A stretch of DNA of 64,000 nt from Elusimicrobiota bacterium (GTDB taxonomy: Bacteria; Elusimicrobiota; Elusimicrobia; UBA1565). Below, one piece after another: positions 56,270-64,000 of the stretch. The translations under genes were made by a program, and so were the position numbers. Below the pieces are notes generated by a model. The model worked only from the letters and a program-made list of their open reading frames with translations, did not search any database and had not been told where the DNA came from. How positions within the stretch are numbered: position 1 is the stretch's first letter; each line of letters starts with the position of its first letter. The stretch is from positions 19,906-83,905 of the forward strand of contig JBAZVI010000002.1 of NCBI GenBank assembly GCA_041660925.1, read 5' to 3'.

Positions 56270-57298
56270 TCAGCCCTTCGCCGGGCTCTCCGCAGTGCAG
56301 ATCTCGTGATGGAGTGCGACATATGTCGGGGGGCACCAATGAGGGAGCGTGCCATCCCCCCCGCGGACGTCCGTCTCGAACACCGGCGTGGTCTTCCCGA
56401 ATCGCGTTAGAAGCGTGTTCTTGGCGGCGACGTCCTCGAACTTGTCAAGGATGACGAACTTGTAGCCATTGTAATCGTCTGCCTTCTTGAAATCGAGATA
56501 CGCGACCCCATGCGCTTCACAAAGCCTCCTGTACGCGGAGGCGATCTCGACCCGTTTGTCCCGGTAGTATTCACGGAGTTCAGGGCCCGTCATCAGCATG
56601 TGAATCAGGCAGGCAGTCAGTTCATTCGCACGGAGATTCAGTCCGTATGAGAGCGTCATGTCATGCTTGTCGTAGATTAGGAAGCGTCGGACCCAGGAAT
56701 AGACGTCCGCTCGCCGTGTGGAAACGAGGCCTCCCTCTCCCGATGGGAGGATCTTCGTAGCATAGAATGAGAACGCGAGGTCGGCATACGCCGATCCGAG
56801 AACTCCCTCGAGGTAGTGTGCGTGGGCGGCATCCACGATGAGAGGTATTCGGTTCTTCTCGCAGTAGGATTCGATCTCGCGGTATGAGGGTGATAGGAAT
56901 CCTCCGATCACCGAGTAGACGACTACGGCGGCGCGTGGGTCCGGGAGGGCAGCGACCGTCGAGGCAAGAGATTCGGGAGTCATCGCCAGGAAGTCTTTTG
57001 TGGCGGAATCGGCGACGAGGACCTCCATCCCCAACAGCTTCGGGACCGTGTAGAGCGCTCGCATCGTGTTCGATTGGATGATGACGTGAGTCTTCGAGCA
57101 GGCATATTTGTAGTATGCCAACAGGCAGAAAATCGCGGCCCCTCCAGAACAAACGGGGACCGAGTCCTTCCCCGGAAGGAACTCTCGGGAGGATTCCTGA
57201 TAGAAGTGTCCTTCCGCGACCTTGCCTGTCTTAAAAAGCTCCTCGGCCTTGCGCAGGTATGAGGCCACAAGACAATCGGGGAATGAGACGATATTCAT
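56270..57298 (-). CDS. DegT/DnrJ/EryC1/StrS-family PLP-dependent sugar aminotransferase
   Basis: From ORF 56270..57370, ATG at 57296-57298 preceded by GGGAGGA; PLP-lysine region SFYATKILPSGEGG. Confidence 0.8.
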   Translation of the reverse strand: MNIVSFPDCLVASYLRKAEELFKTGKVAEGHFYQESSREFLPGKDSVPVCSGGAAIFCLLAYYKYACSKTHVIIQSNTMRALYTVPKLLGMEVLVADSATKDFLAMTPESLASTVAALPDPRAAVVVYSVIGGFLSPSYREIESYCEKNRIPLIVDAAHAHYLEGVLGSAYADLAFSFYATKILPSGEGGLVSTRRADVYSWVRRFLIYDKHDMTLSYGLNLRANELTACLIHMLMTGPELREYYRDKRVEIASAYRRLCEAHGVAYLDFKKADDYNGYKFVILDKFEDVAAKNTLLTRFGKTTPVFETDVRGGDGTLPHWCPPTYVALHHEICTAESPAKG

Positions 57299-57432
57299 CG
57301 GTCCTCCCGCCTCGCCGGATGCTCCATGCTGTTCGTGAAATCGTACAAAATTGCCTCTTCGATGAGGCAATCCCGTCCGACTCAGTTTGATGCAGCTATA
57401 AGGTAAGAGAGAACGGGCGGCATGCCGTCAAC

Positions 57433-58659
57433 TCACGCGCCGGGTGCGTGGGAGTTCGACGGCATCGAGAGGATACTCGGATGTCCCGATTCAAGACATC
57501 GTCCTGCCAAGGTCTCGCAATACAATGCACCCATCTTCTCGACATATCGGGCCATGCTGAACTTCTCGCTCCAGGTCCGGTACCCGGCTTCCCGCAAGGC
57601 GGCGAGAGAGGCTGACGGCGCGGCGAAGATTCGAAGAAGGCGATCCGCCAGGACAGAGGGATCGTTCGGCGGGATGAGGAACCCGTTGGTCTCGTCCTGG
57701 ATTATTTCCGGGACTCCCCCTACGGCAGTGGCTACGACAAGTTTCTTCAGACACAGCGCCTCGAGGATGCTGTTCGGGATGCCTTCGCTTTCCGATGGGA
57801 GTGCGACGACGTCCGCGGTCTTGAGCGCGGCGGCGACATCCTCGATGTGACCCTTGAAGTGTATCCAATCGCGGACTCCCTCAGCGACGGCCATGCGGCA
57901 GAGAGCGTCGAAGTAGAGGCCTCCCCCGCCGTCCGTGGCGGATTCGTGGGAACCATAAACGACGACCGACAGCGGGGGTCCGCGTCGTCGGATCAATGCC
58001 AGCGCGCGCAGGAGAGTCTCGAAGCCCTTCCGTACGGTGATGCGGCTGACGACCGCTAATATCGGAGGGAGAGGTTCTCCGTCGGCGCGGACGATGTCTG
58101 GCTCCGCCAGAGGAGGACGCCCGTCGTAGATGCACGCGATCTTCGTCGGGGAAATCCTGGAACGCTGGATGAGCTCATCTCGGAGGTATTCGCCGTTCAC
58201 CGCGTAGGCGTCCACATGCGTCTGGGTGAGACGGTCGAGCTGGTGGTATGCCCACAACACGGACGCTGGCCGGTCGGACCAGTCGAGGCTTGTGTGCATG
58301 CGGAAGATATGACGCACCCCCGGGGAACTCCGCCTGACCAAGCGGCAGACGATGCTCTCGCGAAAGGCGTTCGATTGGAGGAGACGGATGCCTTCGCGGC
58401 GGGTGAGTTCGAGGATGCGTGCCGCCGCTGGCCACGGGCGCCGGAACATCAGTTCGGGTATCACATGCACGCCGAGGCCCGTCTCGGTGAACTTCCGGGC
58501 TAGAGGCCCATCCCTTCCCGTCAGGAGGAGTGGGCGACAGTGCAGACGGTCGCGCAGATGGATGGCCCAGCGGTGGACCTGCCCTTCGATTCCTCCCAGC
58601 GAGGAGGCCCGGCGCACCAGCCCAATGGGGCATCCCTCGGGCAGTTCAGATAGAGTCAT
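57433..58659 (-). CDS. glycosyltransferase family 4 (GT-B fold)
   Basis: Trimmed from ORF 57433..59169 to ATG at 58657-58659 (MTLSELPEG...); C-terminal motif LPSESEGIPNSILEAL typical of GT4. Confidence 0.8.
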   Translation of the reverse strand: MTLSELPEGCPIGLVRRASSLGGIEGQVHRWAIHLRDRLHCRPLLLTGRDGPLARKFTETGLGVHVIPELMFRRPWPAAARILELTRREGIRLLQSNAFRESIVCRLVRRSSPGVRHIFRMHTSLDWSDRPASVLWAYHQLDRLTQTHVDAYAVNGEYLRDELIQRSRISPTKIACIYDGRPPLAEPDIVRADGEPLPPILAVVSRITVRKGFETLLRALALIRRRGPPLSVVVYGSHESATDGGGGLYFDALCRMAVAEGVRDWIHFKGHIEDVAAALKTADVVALPSESEGIPNSILEALCLKKLVVATAVGGVPEIIQDETNGFLIPPNDPSVLADRLLRIFAAPSASLAALREAGYRTWSEKFSMARYVEKMGALYCETLAGRCLESGHPSILSMPSNSHAPGA

Positions 58660-59384
58660 GACGATGGCGGACGGATGAATGCAAGATAATGGGTGCACAG
58701 GAACGGCACGCGACTCAAGAGCGCACAGACGGCCGGCGAGTACGGGGCAAGGGCTCGCGTGATGGGCGGGGCCAGGGTGATCGGAATCAGTTCTATAGTG
58801 GAATCGGGGAAGAGGCTGAAGATCTCGGCGCGAGAAATCCCGTGGACATCGCGGTTGAAAGGGTTGTCGATGCGGAAGTCGTACCATACGATCGTCCCAT
58901 TTGGAGCAAGGACGCGGACCATCTCCCGAGCAATTTCGGCCTTTAATGCGGAGTCCGCGATCGAGGTGAACATCGTGCTTTGGAGTACGATGTCGAATGC
59001 TGCGTCGGGGAGTCCAGTCCGGGCGGCGTTCCTGCAGAGGATGCGGACGCTCCCGCCGGTGCGGTAGAGGGCCTCGCGGGCGCGCGCTTCGATGAGTTCG
59101 ATGCCGATGAGATTCTCCGGCCGCACGCCCCATCGAATGAACTCGAGCAGCCAGGTTCCTTCGCCGCACCCGAGCTCGAGAACGTGCATCCCGGGGAATT
59201 CGGGCAGGCCGATGCGCTGCAACGCATGCAGGACGGCTTCGTTTCGTTCACGGGTCATGAGGATGTGCGCCGGATTGTCGTCGGAATAGCGGGCGTGTAC
59301 ATCGGCTTTCTCTCGGCGCTTATACGACGCGCGTATCCGCGCTTCTTCGTCCTCGAAGTCGCGGGAAGGCTCTCGGATCATCAT
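58656..59384 (-). CDS. class I SAM-dependent methyltransferase
   Basis: 242 aa; SAM-binding motif VLELGCGEG; stop overlaps GT4 start (ATGA). Confidence 0.75.
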   Translation of the reverse strand: MMIREPSRDFEDEEARIRASYKRREKADVHARYSDDNPAHILMTRERNEAVLHALQRIGLPEFPGMHVLELGCGEGTWLLEFIRWGVRPENLIGIELIEARAREALYRTGGSVRILCRNAARTGLPDAAFDIVLQSTMFTSIADSALKAEIAREMVRVLAPNGTIVWYDFRIDNPFNRDVHGISRAEIFSLFPDSTIELIPITLAPPITRALAPYSPAVCALLSRVPFLCTHYLAFIRPPSS

Positions 59385-60745
59385 GTCTTCGCTGGCGGGA
59401 ACTCTCCCGTCTTCAAAAGGGTACGGTAACGCTTCTGGGATTCCCCCCCCAGCCCGAAGAAGAAGAATTGCGCGAGTTCCGACAGGGCCGCCGCCTCCTT
59501 CTGCGGAGCCGCGCGCGCTTTGTTCCAGAGTCCCAGGAGCCCCCTTGCATCCTCGAATTCGTCCGGATGGTCCGCCATGCTGTAATAGCCCGCATCCTTG
59601 TATCGGAAGACGGGTACGGCGCGGACGAGCATCTCATTGTAAACGGTCGATGTCCGTGCGACGCAGAAATCGATTCGAGAGGCGAAGTCGTCCATCGCCA
59701 GATCGAGCGACCCCATCCCGACGCAACGATGCAGCACCTCAGCCTCCGGATAATCTGCGCGCACGTTCAAGGGGTGCATCTTGACGACATATCGGAGATC
59801 GAGAACCTCCGCGACCTTCTCCGCGATGGAGAGCATCCGGCGGTTGCTGCCTTTGTAGATCTCCTGCTCGAAAGCGATGCCGAAGACCCCGGAGGGCGGT
59901 CGTGCGGCTCGCGCGGCCTTCACCGCCGCATGGTCGAAATCCAGGTAGCGGGGATGTCCCATGATGAACAACCGCTCGGCGGGGATGCGCTTGCACAGCT
60001 CACGGCGAGTGAACTCTCCCCAGATCAGAAACGCATCCGAGACGAAAGACTCGTAATTAATCATGTTGATGTGTGGGTCGCTCTCATCGTAGACGATGAT
60101 CTGACCATGCTGTAGCGCGGCGGTGCGGCATCCCTGGGCTTTCGCCACTTGCATCAGGACATTCGGCCATGGGAGGGCGTCGCTGAAGGCGAGGGCAAGG
60201 CGGTAGCGCTTGAAAGATATCGCGCGGGGAAGAGTGGCGGCGAACTTCACATGCTGTCCAAGGAGGCATGACAGGTAGAGGCGTTGGTCGAGACGAAGTT
60301 CGGCCGGAAGCGTGAGGGCGGTCGGGAGCAGCTGTGTGAGGAGATAGTGCAGTCCCGCTGGGCTTGCGGATGCCTCCCAGCCCCGAAGGTCGAGGACGTC
60401 GGCATCGTCGGAGAGGGCCTGTATCTTGCGGAAGGTCTCCTCGAGATCGGAGCGAAGGAATTCCCCGTGAACGAGGATGACGCGGGGGCTCTTCGACGGC
60501 GTCCGTCTCAGCCAACGGAGCTTGGGAGAAAACGCCAGGAGACGGAGCAGGCCCGAGCAGAGGAAGAGAATCGTCCTGAGTGCTCCCCATTCCGCATGTA
60601 TCGTCGTCCAGATGTGATATGAGAGGGCAGCGCCATACGCGACGCCGGCGTCGACCTGTCGATCCAGTATGGTGCGGACCTTGCGGTAGAGGAGATATTC
60701 TCGACGGGAATCCCTGCAGGGTGCCGCGTGCTCGTAGCGTCTCAT
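59381..60745 (-). CDS. hypothetical glycan-biosynthesis protein
   Basis: Trimmed from ORF 59381..61168 to ATG at 60743-60745 (MRRYEHAAP...); resembles capsule polysaccharide biosynthesis proteins only loosely. Confidence 0.55.
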   Translation of the reverse strand: MRRYEHAAPCRDSRREYLLYRKVRTILDRQVDAGVAYGAALSYHIWTTIHAEWGALRTILFLCSGLLRLLAFSPKLRWLRRTPSKSPRVILVHGEFLRSDLEETFRKIQALSDDADVLDLRGWEASASPAGLHYLLTQLLPTALTLPAELRLDQRLYLSCLLGQHVKFAATLPRAISFKRYRLALAFSDALPWPNVLMQVAKAQGCRTAALQHGQIIVYDESDPHINMINYESFVSDAFLIWGEFTRRELCKRIPAERLFIMGHPRYLDFDHAAVKAARAARPPSGVFGIAFEQEIYKGSNRRMLSIAEKVAEVLDLRYVVKMHPLNVRADYPEAEVLHRCVGMGSLDLAMDDFASRIDFCVARTSTVYNEMLVRAVPVFRYKDAGYYSMADHPDEFEDARGLLGLWNKARAAPQKEAAALSELAQFFFFGLGGESQKRYRTLLKTGEFPPAKT

Positions 60746-61830
60746 CGGGCGGATGCCCGCGCGTATGGTTTCTCTGGGGGGACGGAGGGCAGCGCCTTGG
60801 CGAGGACGACGAAAACCTGGTCCCCTCTCCCCTCCTCGTTGAGCTGGCGCGCATTCGACCGGAATCTTCGCAGTTCCTCCTTCGTGAAGATGCTGTTGCG
60901 CGGAGACTTTATGTGGGATCGATCGGACATCAGGGGTATGTCTCGGCGATATTGCTCGCTGCCTATGAATTGGAACTGCGTCGAGTCCCATCCCCACCTC
61001 TCGATGCGGAGCCCTGCGTGGGACGCCAACAGCTCGAGAGCCTTCCGCGTGAAGATGAAGCAGTGGCGCGGTGCGTCGAGCTGCACCCAGGACGGGCCAT
61101 AGATCTCCCAACAGTAGTTGGGGAGGATGGGTGTTCGAATTAGGATCTTCCCTTCGTCGGCAAGACACCTCGAGAGCGCAATCAGGGTCGTCTCTGGCTC
61201 CGGCACATGCTCGAGGGAATGGTTCATCAGGATGAGATCGAACCGCTCTGCGGATTCCGGGAGAGCGCTCCTGCGGAGCACGAGTCTGCCGTCATCGCTG
61301 GAGGCCCCAGTCGGCGGCAGGAATGGGTCGATGCCGCGCAGATGCGAGAACCCATCTCGGTAGAGGGACTGGAGTAGTCCACCTCCCCCGCATCCGACGT
61401 CGAGGATGCGGGAGCTGCGGCCTGCACCGGCCCACTCGAGCCACCGATAATGCTCGGGGTAGCCTTGCCAGGCGATGATCAACGCCCCCAGCATCCGCTT
61501 GGGTAGGGATCCGTCACCAAGACAGAAGCATGAACGGCATCGGCGGGCGAATGTCTCGAAGAAGCCCGGAGGATGCAGTGGGCCCATCGGAGTGGAGTCG
61601 AAGGAGTAGTATTCCGCGGGGTATGCGATTCCTGGACGGAGTTGAATCTCCGCGCGCTGCATCGTCCCGCAGCCTCCGCAGAGGGCATACGTGTAAGGTT
61701 CTCTTCCTCCGAAGAACATTTCATGGATTGAGAACGATTCGTTCCCGGTGGCATTCCCGCAAATCCGGCATGGAAAGGCATCCTGCGCGACGTCTGCTCC
61801 CGGAGTAGCGTTCGTTCCGGAAGGCTTCAT
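60742..61830 (-). CDS. class I SAM-dependent methyltransferase with N-terminal Cys4 zinc-ribbon
   Basis: From ORF 60742..61902, ATG at 61828-61830; CRICGN...CGGCG zinc-ribbon-like pair then LDVGCGGGGLL SAM-binding motif. Confidence 0.7.
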   Translation of the reverse strand: MKPSGTNATPGADVAQDAFPCRICGNATGNESFSIHEMFFGGREPYTYALCGGCGTMQRAEIQLRPGIAYPAEYYSFDSTPMGPLHPPGFFETFARRCRSCFCLGDGSLPKRMLGALIIAWQGYPEHYRWLEWAGAGRSSRILDVGCGGGGLLQSLYRDGFSHLRGIDPFLPPTGASSDDGRLVLRRSALPESAERFDLILMNHSLEHVPEPETTLIALSRCLADEGKILIRTPILPNYCWEIYGPSWVQLDAPRHCFIFTRKALELLASHAGLRIERWGWDSTQFQFIGSEQYRRDIPLMSDRSHIKSPRNSIFTKEELRRFRSNARQLNEEGRGDQVFVVLAKALPSVPPEKPYARASAR

Positions 61831-62792
61831 AGGTTGTCGAGTGCATCCCAATCCGGGTCGTGATGGTATCCCGGATCGAGCGGTGAGATGAAGGCGGCGC
61901 ATCTGCGGAACAACCGGCTCAGTCGTTCGCTTCTGGGGAGGCCGGCGGGTGGGAGACTGCCCGATGCGCGCAGGATCCGTCTCATATGCTCGGTTTTAGT
62001 CGCCGGGAGCCGCTGCTCACTCTCGGCCTGACGGGTCAACAGGAAGGCGAAATCCCAGTAGCGGTATGCGAGGTAGCACGCGAAGGCGCGTAGGATCTTT
62101 AATGGGTTCGACGCGAACCGCTTCAGCACGACTTCCGGCGGGAGGAAATAGAGGGCGTCGACCTCCGTCAGTTGCCCGGCGCTGCGGAGATTCGCCGGGA
62201 GGTCCGCGCGGGTCCAGTAATGCCGACGAAGATCGATGAGTTGAAGTCCGTGTGAGGTCAGGCGCTCGTGGATCTCTCCGAACGAGCATCCGCCTCCATA
62301 GATGGGCGCCAACCGAGCTTCGCTCTCGACGCCGATGATGTTGGTGAGGGTGCGTGAGGCGCCCTCCAGGACAGCGGACTCATGTCCTTGGACGTCTAAC
62401 TTCATGAAATCCAGGTCTTCACGTCCAATGAGATTCAGCTGTCTGTCGAGGTTGTCTCCAGTGAGATCGATGGTGTTGACGATTTCATAACGCTCCGGGG
62501 CATGGAAGAGGCGGAGGAAGGGGGAATGCGGCTCGTGAAGCGAGGAGACTTGCTGCTTGCGGCATTGGAAGAGTCGAACATTTCCTGAAGCGCGGGTCAG
62601 CGCCACCCTCAGGATATGCGAATCGTCTCCATCCGCGTGCGGAAGCGATGCGCGGGAGTCCGGTTCAACGAGAATCGCATGCAGACAGCTGGTGAGGTCC
62701 CCCCATCGCGGGTGCAGACCTCCAGATGCGCCGATGTCGGCGATGTTGAGTACGGTCCCGCGGAGGAGGTCGTTCATTTCCATGGAGCACAT
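61827..62792 (-). CDS. FkbM-family methyltransferase
   Basis: 321 aa; NIADIGASGG motif near N-terminus typical of FkbM-type methyltransferases. Confidence 0.7.
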   Translation of the reverse strand: MCSMEMNDLLRGTVLNIADIGASGGLHPRWGDLTSCLHAILVEPDSRASLPHADGDDSHILRVALTRASGNVRLFQCRKQQVSSLHEPHSPFLRLFHAPERYEIVNTIDLTGDNLDRQLNLIGREDLDFMKLDVQGHESAVLEGASRTLTNIIGVESEARLAPIYGGGCSFGEIHERLTSHGLQLIDLRRHYWTRADLPANLRSAGQLTEVDALYFLPPEVVLKRFASNPLKILRAFACYLAYRYWDFAFLLTRQAESEQRLPATKTEHMRRILRASGSLPPAGLPRSERLSRLFRRCAAFISPLDPGYHHDPDWDALDNL

Positions 62793-62840
62793 TCAGTAAT
62801 GTCCCGAAATCATTTTGAAGGGAAGTCTTGTCGCCGGATG

Positions 62841-63905
62841 CTAAATGAAATGACGCGTATGGACGGAGTTGACGTCGCAGAAAACTCTGTTGAACGAGGT
62901 TATCCGGCATACGCTGCAGCCGGATTGGTTCTCCGCATGGAGAAGCTTGCGGGTCGCGCTCCTCCGAATGTCTGAGTGCCAGATGTCTTCGAATGAGGAC
63001 GTCCGGAGGTTGCCGAGTGTGATCGGGTCATGACGACGCTTTTCACACAGGACGACGTCCCCGTCGGCATGAATGATGCATGCGAGTGAATGTGCGACGC
63101 AGGGCAGATGATCGTTACTTGCGATCAGACGCTCATTGATCGTCAGGAGCGGCCGGATTCGCGAGATGTCTGAAAATGCGATGAGTGCCTTCTTGAGGTC
63201 GAGGAGGTTCGCGGTCGACGGGAGGAGTTCTGGGGTCTCCTCAATGGGTCGGAAGTAGATGTAATCGACGCCGATGCGGTCGAGCACGACGAGGAGCTCC
63301 GAGATCGCCGCGATGTTCCTGTTGGTCAGGACGTACCCGACGCCGACGTGGGTCTTCTGAGGGTCCCGGGCGGAGGCGAGCCGGCCGAGATTCGTGAGGA
63401 CCTGGTCGAACATGTCGGCGCCCTTTTCGACTAGGAACTCCTTTCTGCTGCCGGCATCGAGCGAGAAGCGGATCCAGTCGAACTGGCCGGCGAATTGAGA
63501 GACGTCCTTGACACCGTTGGTCAACATCCCGAGATGGAGACCTTGGGTCGCCGCATGCGCGAGAAGCTCCAGGAAATCAGGGTGCAGTGTGGGCTCTCCG
63601 CCGCCTTCAATCGTGACCCCGACGTTGTTCTTGGCGCAATATGTGAACAGCCTGAGCAAGTCCTCCTTGCGTTGAGAGGTCTGGTTGTCTCGGATCCGTC
63701 GGTCTGTGCACCAGGAGCAGTTGAGGTTGCAAACGTTGGTGAGATGCAGCTCGATGCTGATGGGAGGGAGCGAATCGTAGTCTGCGGTGCGGTTGTAGAC
63801 ATCCAGGATGGTCTGAACCTTTTTGGGGTTTAAGAGAAGCTTGAGTTTGTTGTATTCAAAATCGCTCCAGAAGTTCATGCCACCACCTTGTCGCTTGAAG
63901 GGCAT
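62841..63905 (-). CDS. radical SAM protein with C-terminal Cys-rich (SPASM-like) region
   Basis: 354 aa; CxxxCxxC motif CNLNCSWC, glycine-rich TIEGGGEPTL, C-terminal cysteines (CVAHSLAC, CSVC); start may be the internal Met (MNFWSDF...). Confidence 0.75.
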   Translation of the reverse strand: MPFKRQGGGMNFWSDFEYNKLKLLLNPKKVQTILDVYNRTADYDSLPPISIELHLTNVCNLNCSWCTDRRIRDNQTSQRKEDLLRLFTYCAKNNVGVTIEGGGEPTLHPDFLELLAHAATQGLHLGMLTNGVKDVSQFAGQFDWIRFSLDAGSRKEFLVEKGADMFDQVLTNLGRLASARDPQKTHVGVGYVLTNRNIAAISELLVVLDRIGVDYIYFRPIEETPELLPSTANLLDLKKALIAFSDISRIRPLLTINERLIASNDHLPCVAHSLACIIHADGDVVLCEKRRHDPITLGNLRTSSFEDIWHSDIRRSATRKLLHAENQSGCSVCRITSFNRVFCDVNSVHTRHFI

Positions 63906-64000
63906 CGAGAGTAGAAGACGCTAGGCGTTCTCATGGGAGTCCTTGGGCGCGTGGTCATGTCGTTGTCCTGCTGGAAAGATTCCAAAGGAGGAGCTCCTTC

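Overview
High-GC bacterial chromosomal segment, almost entirely coding, with most genes on the minus strand in tightly coupled operons (many ATGA/GTGA stop-start overlaps). From the window start: aspS (partial)-hisS-crp-like regulator; a multidomain sensor kinase-capA-surE block fused to the 3' end of a dcw cell-wall/division cluster (mraZ-rsmH-ftsL-ftsI-murE-murF-mraY-murD-ftsW-murG); an HExxH protein; rsmG-mnmG; an MFS transporter; mnmE-jag-yidC-yidD-rnpA-rpmH. On the plus strand: a secreted protein, a NarL/LuxR-type response regulator, recO and glyQS. Downstream of glyS lies the most unusual stretch: an intact RHH antitoxin with only a C-terminal remnant of a RelE/ParE toxin, followed by about 0.8 kb of AT-richer non-coding DNA containing a 300-bp element bounded by 28-bp perfect inverted repeats. 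Then come nadE, a lipoprotein, two PilZ-domain genes, three secreted/membrane hypotheticals and a coiled-coil protein built on six 33-bp tandem repeats. The last 18 kb is a single-strand, visibly lower-GC glycan biosynthesis locus (gmd, acyltransferase, CapD/PglF-like dehydratase, a GT2-Zn-alcohol-dehydrogenase fusion, 2-hydroxyacid dehydrogenase, cytidylyltransferase, DegT aminotransferase, GT4, three methyltransferases, radical SAM/SPASM). No rRNA, tRNA or CRISPR array was found. I could not identify a single system I can confidently call novel; the best candidates are listed in findings. All calls rest on reading the supplied translations and recognising motifs from memory, with no database search. 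Start codons were refined by hand where the longest ORF was clearly over-extended, and they remain uncertain.
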